From Candidatus Bathyarchaeia archaeon (GTDB taxonomy: Archaea > Thermoproteota > Bathyarchaeia > TCS64), in contig JBEKDF010000005.1 in NCBI GenBank assembly GCA_050014495.1, positions 43,782-107,781 on the forward strand: DNA of 64,000 nucleotides, in the 5' to 3' direction. A program made the translations under genes and the position numbers. Numbering within the stretch: the stretch's first letter is position 1; every line of letters begins with the position of its first letter. The notes beneath the pieces were generated by a model. That model did no database searches. It saw nothing but the letters and a program-made list of their open reading frames with translations, and had not been told where the DNA came from. Positions 38,821 to 48,031 of the stretch are shown piece after piece.

Positions 38821-40122
38821 CGCGCGCGCTGGCTCGTCCCTAAAATATGCACACACCCAGCAGCCACCAAAACTTAAAGAACAAAATCACCAAACCGACG
38901 ACCCAAGTGACCACCAATCAGCCAAACGAGCACACGGCCAGCACAGCAACCCCCAGAAAACGGACGAACCCACGCAGACAAGCAGAACACACACTAGCCA
39001 CACCACGCAGACCCGAGACCAGCCCTCACACGTTAAAGAACGTTGGAGACAACGCCTTATCCGGCCTACCCAGATTCTCCGCCGCCTCCCTGTTCAACAC
39101 AAGGCACAGCACACTCAGCAACGCGTAGACACCCACGTTCACCAAGCCCCGAACCCTGTTCACCGTCAACCCATACTGGTTCTTCACGAAGGCGAACAGC
39201 GCCTCAACAGCAGGCCTCTTCCTGTACTCGGCCACCAGCTCCGCCGGACCATGAGTCCTGAACCACCTGTCCACCCGGAGCACATCCTCCCCACGCTGGT
39301 TAGCCGTGTACGGGATCACCGTCCGCTCCGCCAGGCCCCTGACCCTACGGCTGCTGTACTGGCTGTCCCCGATCAGGCACCTGATCCTGGCATCGGCCCA
39401 ACCCAGCACCGCCCTCGTCCTATCCACAAGCCACGGCGCGTGCCTCTTCTCGTTCTCGTTCGCCGGAGCCATCACCGCGGCCAGCGGCAGGATACGCCTC
39501 GGCTCCACCGAAGTGTGAAGCTTGTACCCGAGACCGTAGCTCCTCCCGTTCCTGCCTACACGCGCATCCGGGTCCGAGAGACCAATCTGGTTGTCTGCTG
39601 GGTTTCTGATGCTCCAAGCCTTAAGGAAGCTGGCGTCGAGGACCACATCCACCTCTGTGACTCCGCTTCTCCTGAGGAGCATTATGACCTTCTCCTCGAT
39701 GATTAGCCTCAGCGTCTCTGCTCCGACTCTGTGGGTGAAGCGGCTGATGACTGACCTCGGGTAGCCGCCCTCGTCAGTCTCTATTAGGCAGAGCCGTCTA
39801 ATGCGCTGGTCTATGTCGAGGATCCTGGTGAGCTCCCGTAGGCTGCGGATTCCCTTCAATCGCATTATGAGGAGGGCTCTGAGGATGCCGAGTGGGTTCC
39901 TCGGTGGTCTTCCGGGTCCGGTTGTGTGGTAGCAGCCGAGTAGCTGCTTCTGGGCAATGCTTAAGTCGACGTTTCTAAAGAGTGTTTCAAGGGTCTCGTG
40001 TTCATCTTGTCCTAAGTGAACTCACCTCCTAGGGTTGGACAGACCATTTGGGGACGAGACCCCAACTGTTAAGATAAGCTTATTCTAGCCTGGATGAATT
40101 TCGGGACAGGCCAGCGCGCGCA
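38821..40122 (-). mobile_element. IS5/IS1182-like insertion sequence with (CG)n-extended inverted ends
   Basis: Left GCGCGCGCTGGCTCGTCCCTAAAAT versus reverse complement of right GCGCGCGCTGGCCTGTCCCGAAATT, enclosing one DDE transposase. Confidence 0.85.
39026..40015 (-). CDS. DDE transposase; frame is open above ATG 39865 to about 40015
   Basis: GRPPRNPLGILRALL (upstream extension), VLDAS, GYKLH, GDSQY, YRKRPAVE; AGGAGGTGA 6 nt before an in-frame TTA at 40015. Confidence 0.85.
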   Translation of the reverse strand, partial: LGQDEHETLETLFRNVDLSIAQKQLLGCYHTTGPGRPPRNPLGILRALLIMRLKGIRSLRELTRILDIDQRIRRLCLIETDEGGYPRSVISRFTHRVGAETLRLIIEEKVIMLLRRSGVTEVDVVLDASFLKAWSIRNPADNQIGLSDPDARVGRNGRSYGLGYKLHTSVEPRRILPLAAVMAPANENEKRHAPWLVDRTRAVLGWADARIRCLIGDSQYSSRRVRGLAERTVIPYTANQRGEDVLRVDRWFRTHGPAELVAEYRKRPAVEALFAFVKNQYGLTVNRVRGLVNVGVYALLSVLCLVLNREAAENLGRPDKALSPTFFNV

Positions 40123-40290
40123 TATATAAACTGAAGCGATCCACACTTTCGACTATAATCACTATATGAATTAACCATTTGATTCAATTCATCAATTTGG
40201 CAGCGGGAGCCAGCCTGCTATTACTAGTTCTTCGCGTACACCGAGTTATCAGCTGCCATTGACAACTATAAAGGGGGATAATGGTTCTCC

Positions 40291-40309
40291 TTTAATAACA
40301 GTTATTAAA
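40291..40309. promoter_or_regulatory. Perfect palindrome upstream of the integrase (putative operator)
   Basis: TTTAATAAC-A-GTTATTAAA. Confidence 0.45.
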
Positions 40310-40333
40310 TCCATAATGGGATAATTTATTAGC

Positions 40334-41599
40334 TTGCAAAGTCTCCTTAATCCTATGGCAAAAAGAGAATACAAGTCTATTTCTCAACATCTGGGGCAAT
40401 TTTCAAGCCCCAGAACCAAAATGACGTACCTCTCTGGGATTGGTGGCTTTTTCCGATTCATCAACCCCGATGTGAAGGACTTGGATGCCTACTCTATTTC
40501 TTACTTGAAGTCACATTCTCAGAGCCAAATCGAGTCTGACATAGTGAAGTTTCGAGACTCGATGTTGACCAGAGTAGCAAAGACCAGAACAGGGTACTTG
40601 AAATCGACTCTGGGATTCTTCGATGCGAATGATGTAACTTTCAAACGGAACTGGAAAAACAACATTATCGGTAAAGATACCACGGCTGTTTCTGAAGAAA
40701 GTATACCCACACAACAGGAACTTGAGAGGATTCTAAACTTTATGCCGCTAATTGGCAAGGCAATAACCCTTTTTCTTTGCAGCTCCGGTGTGCGTGTAGG
40801 TGAACTACTCCAACTCAAAGAATCCAATATTGACCTCACGAAAAACCCAGTAATGGTAACTCTACCAGCCTCCATTACTAAGACCAAGAAAAAACGAGTG
40901 ACATTCATCTCGATGGAAGCAAAGAAGATGCTTCAGGAGTGGTTGGAATACAAACCAAAGTGGCTGGAAACAACATCGACCAAAAGCCCCACACCCTTTG
41001 ACACGACCCGTATATTCCCATTAACCGACAACGGATACCGAGAGCTTTGGGATCGTGCTGTTGAGAAAGCCAAGTTAGCGGAGAAAGATCAGACAACAAA
41101 CCGACTTCAACGCAGAATTCACGCACTGCGGAAATTCTTCAGGACTTACGGCAAGTGGCAACAACCAGACATAGCGGAAGCCCTGATGGGTCATTTGGGT
41201 GGCATAGAAGAAATCTATACTAGATTCACAGAGAACCAGCTTAGAGAAGCCTACCTTACGGCGGAACCAAATTTGACCATTGTGGGTTCAGCGCCGAATC
41301 TGAAGGAGTTAGAGGCAAAGGTTGAGGCTAGGTATCAGGGTGTGGACAAGTTAATTGCTGATCTGTCAATCAAGAACCAAAGATTGGAAAATATTATTCA
41401 GAAAAGGGACACAGAGTACAAAGAAATGATGGAAATCGCATTGAAACCATACTTGGAAACTTTTTCAACACTTAAAGATAGGGTAGATGCACAAGAGTTG
41501 GAAATTGACAATATGAGAAAGGCAGGGGAACTTCGGGATCAAGAAGAGGTATTGAAAATAATACCAGCGGAACTAAAAATTAAAAAAGATGAAGTGTAA
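40334..41599 (+). CDS. Tyrosine recombinase/integrase with C-terminal coiled coil
   Basis: SSGVRVGEL (R), TKTKK (K), HALRKFF (HxxR), LMGH, IY (Y). Confidence 0.9.
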   Translation: MQSLLNPMAKREYKSISQHLGQFSSPRTKMTYLSGIGGFFRFINPDVKDLDAYSISYLKSHSQSQIESDIVKFRDSMLTRVAKTRTGYLKSTLGFFDANDVTFKRNWKNNIIGKDTTAVSEESIPTQQELERILNFMPLIGKAITLFLCSSGVRVGELLQLKESNIDLTKNPVMVTLPASITKTKKKRVTFISMEAKKMLQEWLEYKPKWLETTSTKSPTPFDTTRIFPLTDNGYRELWDRAVEKAKLAEKDQTTNRLQRRIHALRKFFRTYGKWQQPDIAEALMGHLGGIEEIYTRFTENQLREAYLTAEPNLTIVGSAPNLKELEAKVEARYQGVDKLIADLSIKNQRLENIIQKRDTEYKEMMEIALKPYLETFSTLKDRVDAQELEIDNMRKAGELRDQEEVLKIIPAELKIKKDEV

Positions 41600-41657
41600 G
41601 ATGATTCTGATTATGGGTTTCTTTTCTCCTAGTTGAAACGTCTGCTCATTGGTGTTG

Positions 41658-41879
41658 TCAGTGGGTCGGTGAGTGTAGTTTGTCATATTTCGTGCGCGGC
41701 TCCTCCTGCACCTTGATCTTCGGATAGGCCCTCTCAATCTCCCTGACCTTCTCCGTGAAGGCTGCCTTGCAAAACCTGCTAACCTCATCGTGGCTAAAGC
41801 CAGCCATGCACGCGCGCATTATTTCGCGTTGTATTCTAAAGAAACCGCTAAAAAAATTAATCCCTTTTTTCATTTTCAT
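41658..41879 (-). CDS. Small hypothetical protein convergent on the integrase
   Basis: 73-aa ORF with AT-rich upstream region; no recognised family. Confidence 0.35.
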   Translation of the reverse strand: MKMKKGINFFSGFFRIQREIMRACMAGFSHDEVSRFCKAAFTEKVREIERAYPKIKVQEEPRTKYDKLHSPTH

Positions 41880-41897
41880 AGTGGATAAGACGGGCCA

Positions 41898-41923
41898 GAC
41901 TTATACCTATACGGGTATAAGTC
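41898..41923. repeat. 10-bp inverted arms with 6-bp spacer (att/dif-like site or operator)
   Basis: GACTTATACC-TATACG-GGTATAAGTC. Confidence 0.6.
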
Positions 41924-42146
41924 CAAATAATACGTTAATCGTATACGCTCTAACTATCAAATAAATCTATCGAAACAACTGATCAAGTGATTCGACGTTT
42001 AACTTCTTAGCATTTTGGTCCAGAAGAATTAGTTGTTGGGCCCGAAGGGACCTAACCTATTTAGGTTAAGAACCTATTTCATTCAGGGTTCGTGTCGCTT
42101 GCGCAGCACTAGCTTTTGATACTATGCGCACTGAGCAGACTATTTG

Positions 42147-43421
42147 CTAAGAGACGTTCAAAACCAATAAGCCACGGATAGCGAGGTTGCGTGCGAGATC
42201 AAGCGCCCCTTTCTCAAGCCCCTGAACCTTATTCGCTGGCAGCATTACGTTTGTGAGATAACCAAGCTGGGGGGAACCAATCCTAACGATGTCCCCCTCC
42301 TCATGAGTAAACTCCGCACCAGTATCGTCTTTCAGTGGAACCGTCATCGTACCCAGGAACACTGCGACTCCGTCATTGTGTTCCCGCTCCTCATCCATCG
42401 CAGCAGCGACAATATCCTCTGGCTTACGGCTTATCTTACCCATCTTGTTCGATCCCTCGAACTTTAAAGAGCCGTCGACCCTCCACACCTCCAACCTCAC
42501 TTTGGTATCCAGTAGGGAATCAAGGCTAAACCCCTCATCGAAGACCCGGATGAAAGGCCCGACAGCCGTGCTCCCCTTCTTGACTTTCGCTCGATGAAGG
42601 AGGAGAGAAGACTTTCCCTCCTTCCCACGATCGTTAACATCGTTGCCATTGGTAGCGCCAATTATTCTGCCCTTTGAGTTGGCGATGAGCACTATCTCCG
42701 GCTCCGGATTTACCCAAGGTGACACATCTGAACTGTACCCAGCCTGAGCACCGTGCCCCACTGAAGTCGCTGGCGAAGCCTTCGAGAATATCTCGCCCTC
42801 CTCCCCGAGCCCGACCTGCGGATAAATAGTAGACATGCCGAGTTCTTTCATGCGTCTTAGGATTTCCAAAGCTACTTTTGAGCCTGGCTGAATCTTAGAG
42901 AAATCTGCATCACCCACGATCTCCTCAACTTCGCCACGGATCTTTTTTCGAACCTCGTTCAACTTATTCTGATCAAGTCCTCCATCGGAGTCCCTTGGAA
43001 CCACCTTCATAACGGCCTCCTCCACCATGCGCTCCACCATAGACTCGACGAAGGTCACTCCAGCCGCCTCGATTTCCTGAAAGTCTAAAGGCGACAGCAG
43101 GTATGGCTGGTCAGCGCCTCGGAGGGAGGAGTTGGCGATGATCTCGGACGCCTTACCAATTTTTTTACCCCTTAAAGCAGCGATGCGGACTGCCTTTGCT
43201 GGACTCTCCAACTCAAACAAGTCTCTTGTCGTGGCAAATATGTGTGAAACATCAAGAAGATCGCCGTTAGGGTCGACGATTACGACGGATGGACCTATGT
43301 TTGGCAGCATCACTCTACCGACCAATGAGGCTTGTCTCCAGTCCGCTGGGAGAGTCCTCTCGAGAGTCAACTCGCTCATCGGGACCAAATGGATAGCTTT
43401 TGTCTTCAGGGTTCCAGACAT
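42147..43421 (-). CDS. Fumarylacetoacetate-hydrolase-family protein, XylX/KdxD-like
   Basis: LLSP.D.Q...AAGVTF..S..ER..EE, EIFSK, NPEPE, GNDVN.R..EG.S.LLL..AK, FLGTM. Confidence 0.8.
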   Translation of the reverse strand: MSGTLKTKAIHLVPMSELTLERTLPADWRQASLVGRVMLPNIGPSVVIVDPNGDLLDVSHIFATTRDLFELESPAKAVRIAALRGKKIGKASEIIANSSLRGADQPYLLSPLDFQEIEAAGVTFVESMVERMVEEAVMKVVPRDSDGGLDQNKLNEVRKKIRGEVEEIVGDADFSKIQPGSKVALEILRRMKELGMSTIYPQVGLGEEGEIFSKASPATSVGHGAQAGYSSDVSPWVNPEPEIVLIANSKGRIIGATNGNDVNDRGKEGKSSLLLHRAKVKKGSTAVGPFIRVFDEGFSLDSLLDTKVRLEVWRVDGSLKFEGSNKMGKISRKPEDIVAAAMDEEREHNDGVAVFLGTMTVPLKDDTGAEFTHEEGDIVRIGSPQLGYLTNVMLPANKVQGLEKGALDLARNLAIRGLLVLNVS

Positions 43422-43493
43422 TATCTTAATCTTAACAATCGTAAGAGATAAGAAGTAATACTGAGCGCTGAGAAAATATTTGCGTTGCGCGCA

Positions 43494-43602
43494 CGCCTGA
43501 GATGCCGTGCCTCTCGATTAACTGCTGAGGGACGACGTACTTGTCCCTGAATGCACGCGTAGCAGGGTTCAGCTCATCGCCCGGATGTACGTCCACGCTC
43601 AT
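43494..43602 (-). pseudogene. 5' stub of a gene apparently cut at a TGCGCGCA tract
   Basis: ATG 16 nt after the previous stop; MSVDVHPGDELNPATRAFRDKYVVPQQLIERHGISG; GC-rich composition ends at 43486-43493. Confidence 0.4.
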
Positions 43603-43618
43603 GATGGCTGGTATCCCC

Positions 43619-44614
43619 TTATCCTCCCCTGCGATAGTCCGCGAAGTATTCTTCTACTGTGACCCTGCGGCTCGTAAGCCCCAGCCGGAAGGCTTCGCCG
43701 GTGAACATATCGATTTGCTCCCGGTTTCGATCGATCCCGAATGGGTGAAAGTTCTCACCCATGAGCGCTACTGTCTCCTCCAGCTCAGCCTCGAGCCACG
43801 GGGTGGCATAGGGGAAGCCCTCCTGTGCTGCGGTGAAGCAATCGTTCGCAGCAATGAACGCCTCAGTGAGGCTCTTAGCTATCCATGGGTTCGCCTCCCA
43901 CACCTCTCGTCGGAGAACGATCAGATGCTCGGGAGGAAAGGCACCGGTCTTACGGAAGTACCCCTGCTCGATTGGCCGGAAGTCCGGAAACATACGAACG
44001 ATGGGGCCGGTTTTGGGATGGAAAGCCGTTGGGTGCGACGGGCTGTAGATGGCCTCTAATTCGCCTGAGATAAGCATGTCAGATAAGGAGCGTCCGGGCG
44101 AAGGCGAGCTGAATCCTGGAGGCAGAGACTGGACCATCAGCTTCGTGGACACCGGCGTGTCGATATCTCCGATCCACCACTGGATGCTGGTCGGGTCAAG
44201 TCCCAAGTATCGGAGGAAGTGGCGGTACCATATGGATCCGGTCGCGCTGTGGCTATACATACCAATCCGCTTCCCGGCCAAATCTTCAGGGTGCCGGATT
44301 GGACCGCCCTGACGAACATAAAGGTCACGCGCCCCAAAGTCCCGTAGCACAAATACTGGCAGGCCAACATAGTTGTGGTCACCCTTGTCGATACGGTAGA
44401 GATACTGTGCCATCGACCACTCGCCGCCCTGCACATTCGGATCCTGCACAGCGCGTCTGAGCATCTCCGCACGGGCTGGCCACGAGCCGCAGCTACCGAG
44501 AATCATGGTGAGCGCAATTCCTCGTGGCTTCACCATACCGGTCGCCAGCGGCATGACGCGAGCATAGTCAGCGCAGGTTAGGGTGATTGGGACCATCTTG
44601 TTAACAGTGGACAT
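43619..44614 (-). CDS. 4,5-dihydroxyphthalate decarboxylase-like (periplasmic-binding-protein fold)
   Basis: ITLTCADY.R..PL..G.V, LPVF..R.F, I..P.DL.GKRIG, YF..TG.FP..H. Confidence 0.78.
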   Translation of the reverse strand: MSTVNKMVPITLTCADYARVMPLATGMVKPRGIALTMILGSCGSWPARAEMLRRAVQDPNVQGGEWSMAQYLYRIDKGDHNYVGLPVFVLRDFGARDLYVRQGGPIRHPEDLAGKRIGMYSHSATGSIWYRHFLRYLGLDPTSIQWWIGDIDTPVSTKLMVQSLPPGFSSPSPGRSLSDMLISGELEAIYSPSHPTAFHPKTGPIVRMFPDFRPIEQGYFRKTGAFPPEHLIVLRREVWEANPWIAKSLTEAFIAANDCFTAAQEGFPYATPWLEAELEETVALMGENFHPFGIDRNREQIDMFTGEAFRLGLTSRRVTVEEYFADYRRGG

Positions 44615-44870
44615 ACCGATCTCCTCTTATTATCGATGCACGCGCGCTTATGAATGAAGATGATATCCACTTGTTTCTATTGAGAGTGGGGTCACATGGC
44701 ATTTTTAGGTCTCAGATTATTCCTAAATTGGAAAGACAAGATAATTAAATTCGATTTAGGTCATAGCAAATAATTCCTAGGGGTAACCATTCTCATAAAA
44801 TCCGCGTGCATCGGTGATCAAAGCATAAGATGAAAATTGCTTAATCGTGAAAAGTCGCTACTTGTGCAAA

Positions 44871-45185
44871 CTATAAAGAGAAGAATTGATCAAGGTACAA
44901 AATAAGGGCAAAAGAAACGATTCCAAATAGCATTGGGATAAGATTAATCAACTCTTGACTTCTAGTTTTTCTCCTGATTAAATAAAATCGTATCTGAATC
45001 GATACGTGGCTGGTGAATATCGCCATCATGGGCAAGGTAAGTTGTCTATGAAGAATTAACCCCCACGACCTATCTATGAAGCCCTTGGTGATCATGTATC
45101 CACTAATCATGAAAACGAAGAAAAGAACTAGCAGAGCGACACTAACCCAACGATCTATGTCCTTTAAAGTGATGTTCAAGCTCAC
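44871..45185 (-). CDS. Small three-helix membrane protein, putative partner of the Mo-enzyme
   Basis: Three hydrophobic segments with two membrane His; 12 nt downstream of the oxidoreductase. Confidence 0.65.
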   Translation of the reverse strand: MSLNITLKDIDRWVSVALLVLFFVFMISGYMITKGFIDRSWGLILHRQLTLPMMAIFTSHVSIQIRFYLIRRKTRSQELINLIPMLFGIVSFALILYLDQFFSL

Positions 45186-45197
45186 GAATTTTCACCA

Positions 45198-45863
45198 CTA
45201 ATAATACCTGTCATTCTTCCATGGATCAGCGGTGTTACTGTAGCCATTCTTCTCCCAGAATCCCAATTCGAGCTTATCAGTGAACTTTATCTTCCTAATC
45301 CACTTCGCACTTTTATATCCATATTTTTCAGGAACCACTAGCCTGAGCGGTCCACCGTGTTCTGTTGATAACTCACTGTCCTCTAGTCGATATGCGAGAA
45401 GGACATCATCTTTCGAGAGATCAGCGACCATTAATTGTGTTGTAAAACCGTTCTCACTCTCGAACGTGGCGTATGTTGCCGCAGCTTGGGAAACAGCCAT
45501 ATTCATGATGTCCCTGAATCTAACCCCCTCCCATGTGTTCCCGAGCTTGCTCCAGCCTGTCACACAGTGAAAGTCGGATATACTAACTACTGTAGGGATG
45601 CTTCGGAATTCAACGTAGTTTAGATTGAGGGGCTTATCCACAAGTCCATAGACTTCGAGATTCCATGTGGTTTTATCAGGAGAAGGGATGGAGCCCTCGT
45701 TAAGAACAGGCATATTAAATACCTGGTACTGTCCAGGGGGAAGCAGGTTGGATACTGAGTTCTTCGCGGTGTCTGGCAGATTGTTAATTATTGCACCGGA
45801 GGCTCCCGCCACTATCCCTATGCCGACCAGCCATTTTATGAATCTTCTACGGCTGATATCCAA
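45198..45863 (-). CDS. Tat-exported sulfite-oxidase-family molybdopterin oxidoreductase
   Basis: SRRRFIK Tat signal, DFHCVTGWS, HGGPLRLVVP..YGYKSAKW, GFWE..GY. Confidence 0.88.
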   Translation of the reverse strand: MDISRRRFIKWLVGIGIVAGASGAIINNLPDTAKNSVSNLLPPGQYQVFNMPVLNEGSIPSPDKTTWNLEVYGLVDKPLNLNYVEFRSIPTVVSISDFHCVTGWSKLGNTWEGVRFRDIMNMAVSQAAATYATFESENGFTTQLMVADLSKDDVLLAYRLEDSELSTEHGGPLRLVVPEKYGYKSAKWIRKIKFTDKLELGFWEKNGYSNTADPWKNDRYY

Positions 45864-45972
45864 AATACATCATTTTAAGCATTTTAGGCGGCTAATTTAA
45901 ATCAGATTAAACTAATGTGCTTTCGCAACTTGGCCTTTATTCCGTCAATACGAGCGAATTCGTAGCCATTCC

Positions 45973-46905
45973 CTATTTCTTAAAATAAAGAACTTTCATA
46001 CCCGTGTCCCCGATTGAATCCTTCAGCATTGTGTCATAATGCACCTTCTCAGGCAGATCGTAGGACACGTAGACCGCCATAGTGAGCTTATCCCTCCAAT
46101 TTGCTAGTGCAGCCTCCCAACCATTTACTCTTAAATATTCAGCGAGCTGCCTAGGGCTAAATCTCTGCCCAGTCACTCCATTTGCGTTTTGGAGGGCTAG
46201 AAAGCTCCAAGCCTCCGAGAATGCCTCAACCATTTCGTCGTCACTTGCATAACCTGACCTCACATCTTCAGGCAATTTAGCCTCATCACCCGGCTTGAGT
46301 CTGCTGGGCTTAAGCCTTTTACCCTCAGTGGCGGCTACACTAAGTGAGTTCACAGCGACATTATACTGATAGAGTTCCATGGCCAGGCACTGTGTTAGGC
46401 CCTCTAAACCATACTTTGACGGGCAATACGCTGTCTCAGCGACAAAGCCCCTTGTCGCAGACCCAGAGGAGATATTCATAATGCTGCCTTTTCCCTGCTT
46501 CTTCATCATTGGCAGGAATAATTTACTGAGTATGAACGGTGCACGCAGATTAATTGAAATCGATCTGTCCCATTCCTCAATCGTCGTCTCCTCGAAGAGT
46601 TTCCAGAGATTATCCGCTGCACAATTTACCAGCGTATCTATTCTCCCATACTCATTCTCAATAAGATCCCTTAGTCTCGTAATATCCTCCATCTTAGTTA
46701 GGTCGGTGGGAAGAATTGAACAAGTACCCTCCCACCCTTTTAGATCAATGTTCTCCTTAAGAGCCTTCAATTCATCTAGGGAACGAGATGCAGCTACAAC
46801 CTTGGCGCCTTGGGAAACAAGTCCCATGCACAGGTACTTACCATAACCGCGCCCAGCACCAGTAAGGACGACCACCTTGCCACTTAGTCTACCCATAAAA
46901 GCCAC
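45973..46905 (-). CDS. Short-chain dehydrogenase/reductase
   Basis: TGAGRGYG, NISSG, YCPSK. Confidence 0.9.
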   Translation of the reverse strand: MAFMGRLSGKVVVLTGAGRGYGKYLCMGLVSQGAKVVAASRSLDELKALKENIDLKGWEGTCSILPTDLTKMEDITRLRDLIENEYGRIDTLVNCAADNLWKLFEETTIEEWDRSISINLRAPFILSKLFLPMMKKQGKGSIMNISSGSATRGFVAETAYCPSKYGLEGLTQCLAMELYQYNVAVNSLSVAATEGKRLKPSRLKPGDEAKLPEDVRSGYASDDEMVEAFSEAWSFLALQNANGVTGQRFSPRQLAEYLRVNGWEAALANWRDKLTMAVYVSYDLPEKVHYDTMLKDSIGDTGMKVLYFKK

Positions 46906-47209
46906 GAGTTTTCCTAAATGTACCTAGCTTTTAAAATTATTGCCTAAATAGTCAGCGATCAGATCGACAATCTATTTTTATTTATAATATCAAAAAAAAC
47001 CATTATTGATGTGAGTTCTTAACACTATTATGAAAAAAGGATCTGATTTTCCAATGCCTCATAAAAATAAATAATAGATTAATGGAAAAATATGATAAAT
47101 AGTTGATGAAAAACTTATTTAGTTATTATAATTATTTAATAACGGATAGGACGCGCACCTCTTCATACCAGCTAGTGTCGTACGCCAAGTTATCGCCCTA
47201 TCCAAATAA

Positions 47210-47941
47210 CTAAGGCAGGTTTGGTTGATTACCCATTTCCTTGAGTGATTTATCCTGCTCGGTGAACTCGAAGGCAACGTACTGAAGAGGCAAATTATCA
47301 CTCGTATTCAGAATTGAATGCGGCTCACCCTCCGGGGTATATACAAGCGAACCCGGACTAACCCTATATTTTGATGTCCCGCTCTCAACCACCCCCTCAC
47401 CCCTAAGGATGTACCCGAACTCCTCGGGATTTCTATGGATAGGAAGCAGTACACTTGGTGAATGTGTCTGAACCTCAACAGAATGCATTCTGCGAGCACC
47501 CATGAGCATGTGCTCTTCCTCGGTGAAGAGCTGATGTGCGATCATGCCCGAGTATGTTGCCTCAACTTCGTTCAGATTCTTAATCCGTGGCTTAGCCCAC
47601 TTGAAGTTAGGGTTCGACATGCAGTAAATCGCTGACAAAATTCTGAGTTCACCCTCACCAGAATGTACGATCTCGTGCTCATTTATCTCTCCAAAGTGGG
47701 TGTTCCCAGGCACAAAGATGCTGGTGTCGCCATGCACATATTTTCCTCTGTATAAACCTGAGCCGGATATTATATAGTGTTGAAACTCTCTGTTGGCGCC
47801 TCTAAATGTAACCTTCCCACCTAAGAGTGTATGATGAAGGACTAATAGCTGACCTTTAACTCCCGATCTTTGAAGCAGGGTTCGCTTTGTGACCCCTTCA
47901 CTCACTGATTCTATGGCAACGTCTCGAATATTGACGTGCAA
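47210..47941 (-). CDS. Bicupin protein
   Basis: Two cupin repeats; HRNPEEFGYILRGEG and PEGEPHSI.N. Confidence 0.8.
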   Translation of the reverse strand: MHVNIRDVAIESVSEGVTKRTLLQRSGVKGQLLVLHHTLLGGKVTFRGANREFQHYIISGSGLYRGKYVHGDTSIFVPGNTHFGEINEHEIVHSGEGELRILSAIYCMSNPNFKWAKPRIKNLNEVEATYSGMIAHQLFTEEEHMLMGARRMHSVEVQTHSPSVLLPIHRNPEEFGYILRGEGVVESGTSKYRVSPGSLVYTPEGEPHSILNTSDNLPLQYVAFEFTEQDKSLKEMGNQPNLP

Positions 47942-48031
47942 ATTGCCTCAATGTAAATGATACCTCAGAATTAATAGATTTCCAGAGTTGAAAGAGATAG
48001 AACTTTAAAGTAAAAAAACGGAGAGAACTGT

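Noticed and set aside
38847..39128. 93-aa Thr/Pro/Asn-rich ORF
   Set aside because: Product of the low-T compositional skew, antisense to the transposase end
40198..40258. tRNA 3'-end att site or rRNA fragment (minus strand ends CCCGCTGCCA)
   Set aside because: No T-loop (TTCGA) or other cloverleaf arm; resemblance too short
41806..41819. ATGCACGCGCGCAT counted as a junction scar
   Set aside because: Lies inside a possible ORF with no paralog to show a breakpoint, so not used as evidence; same for GCGCGC inside core genes such as 3728
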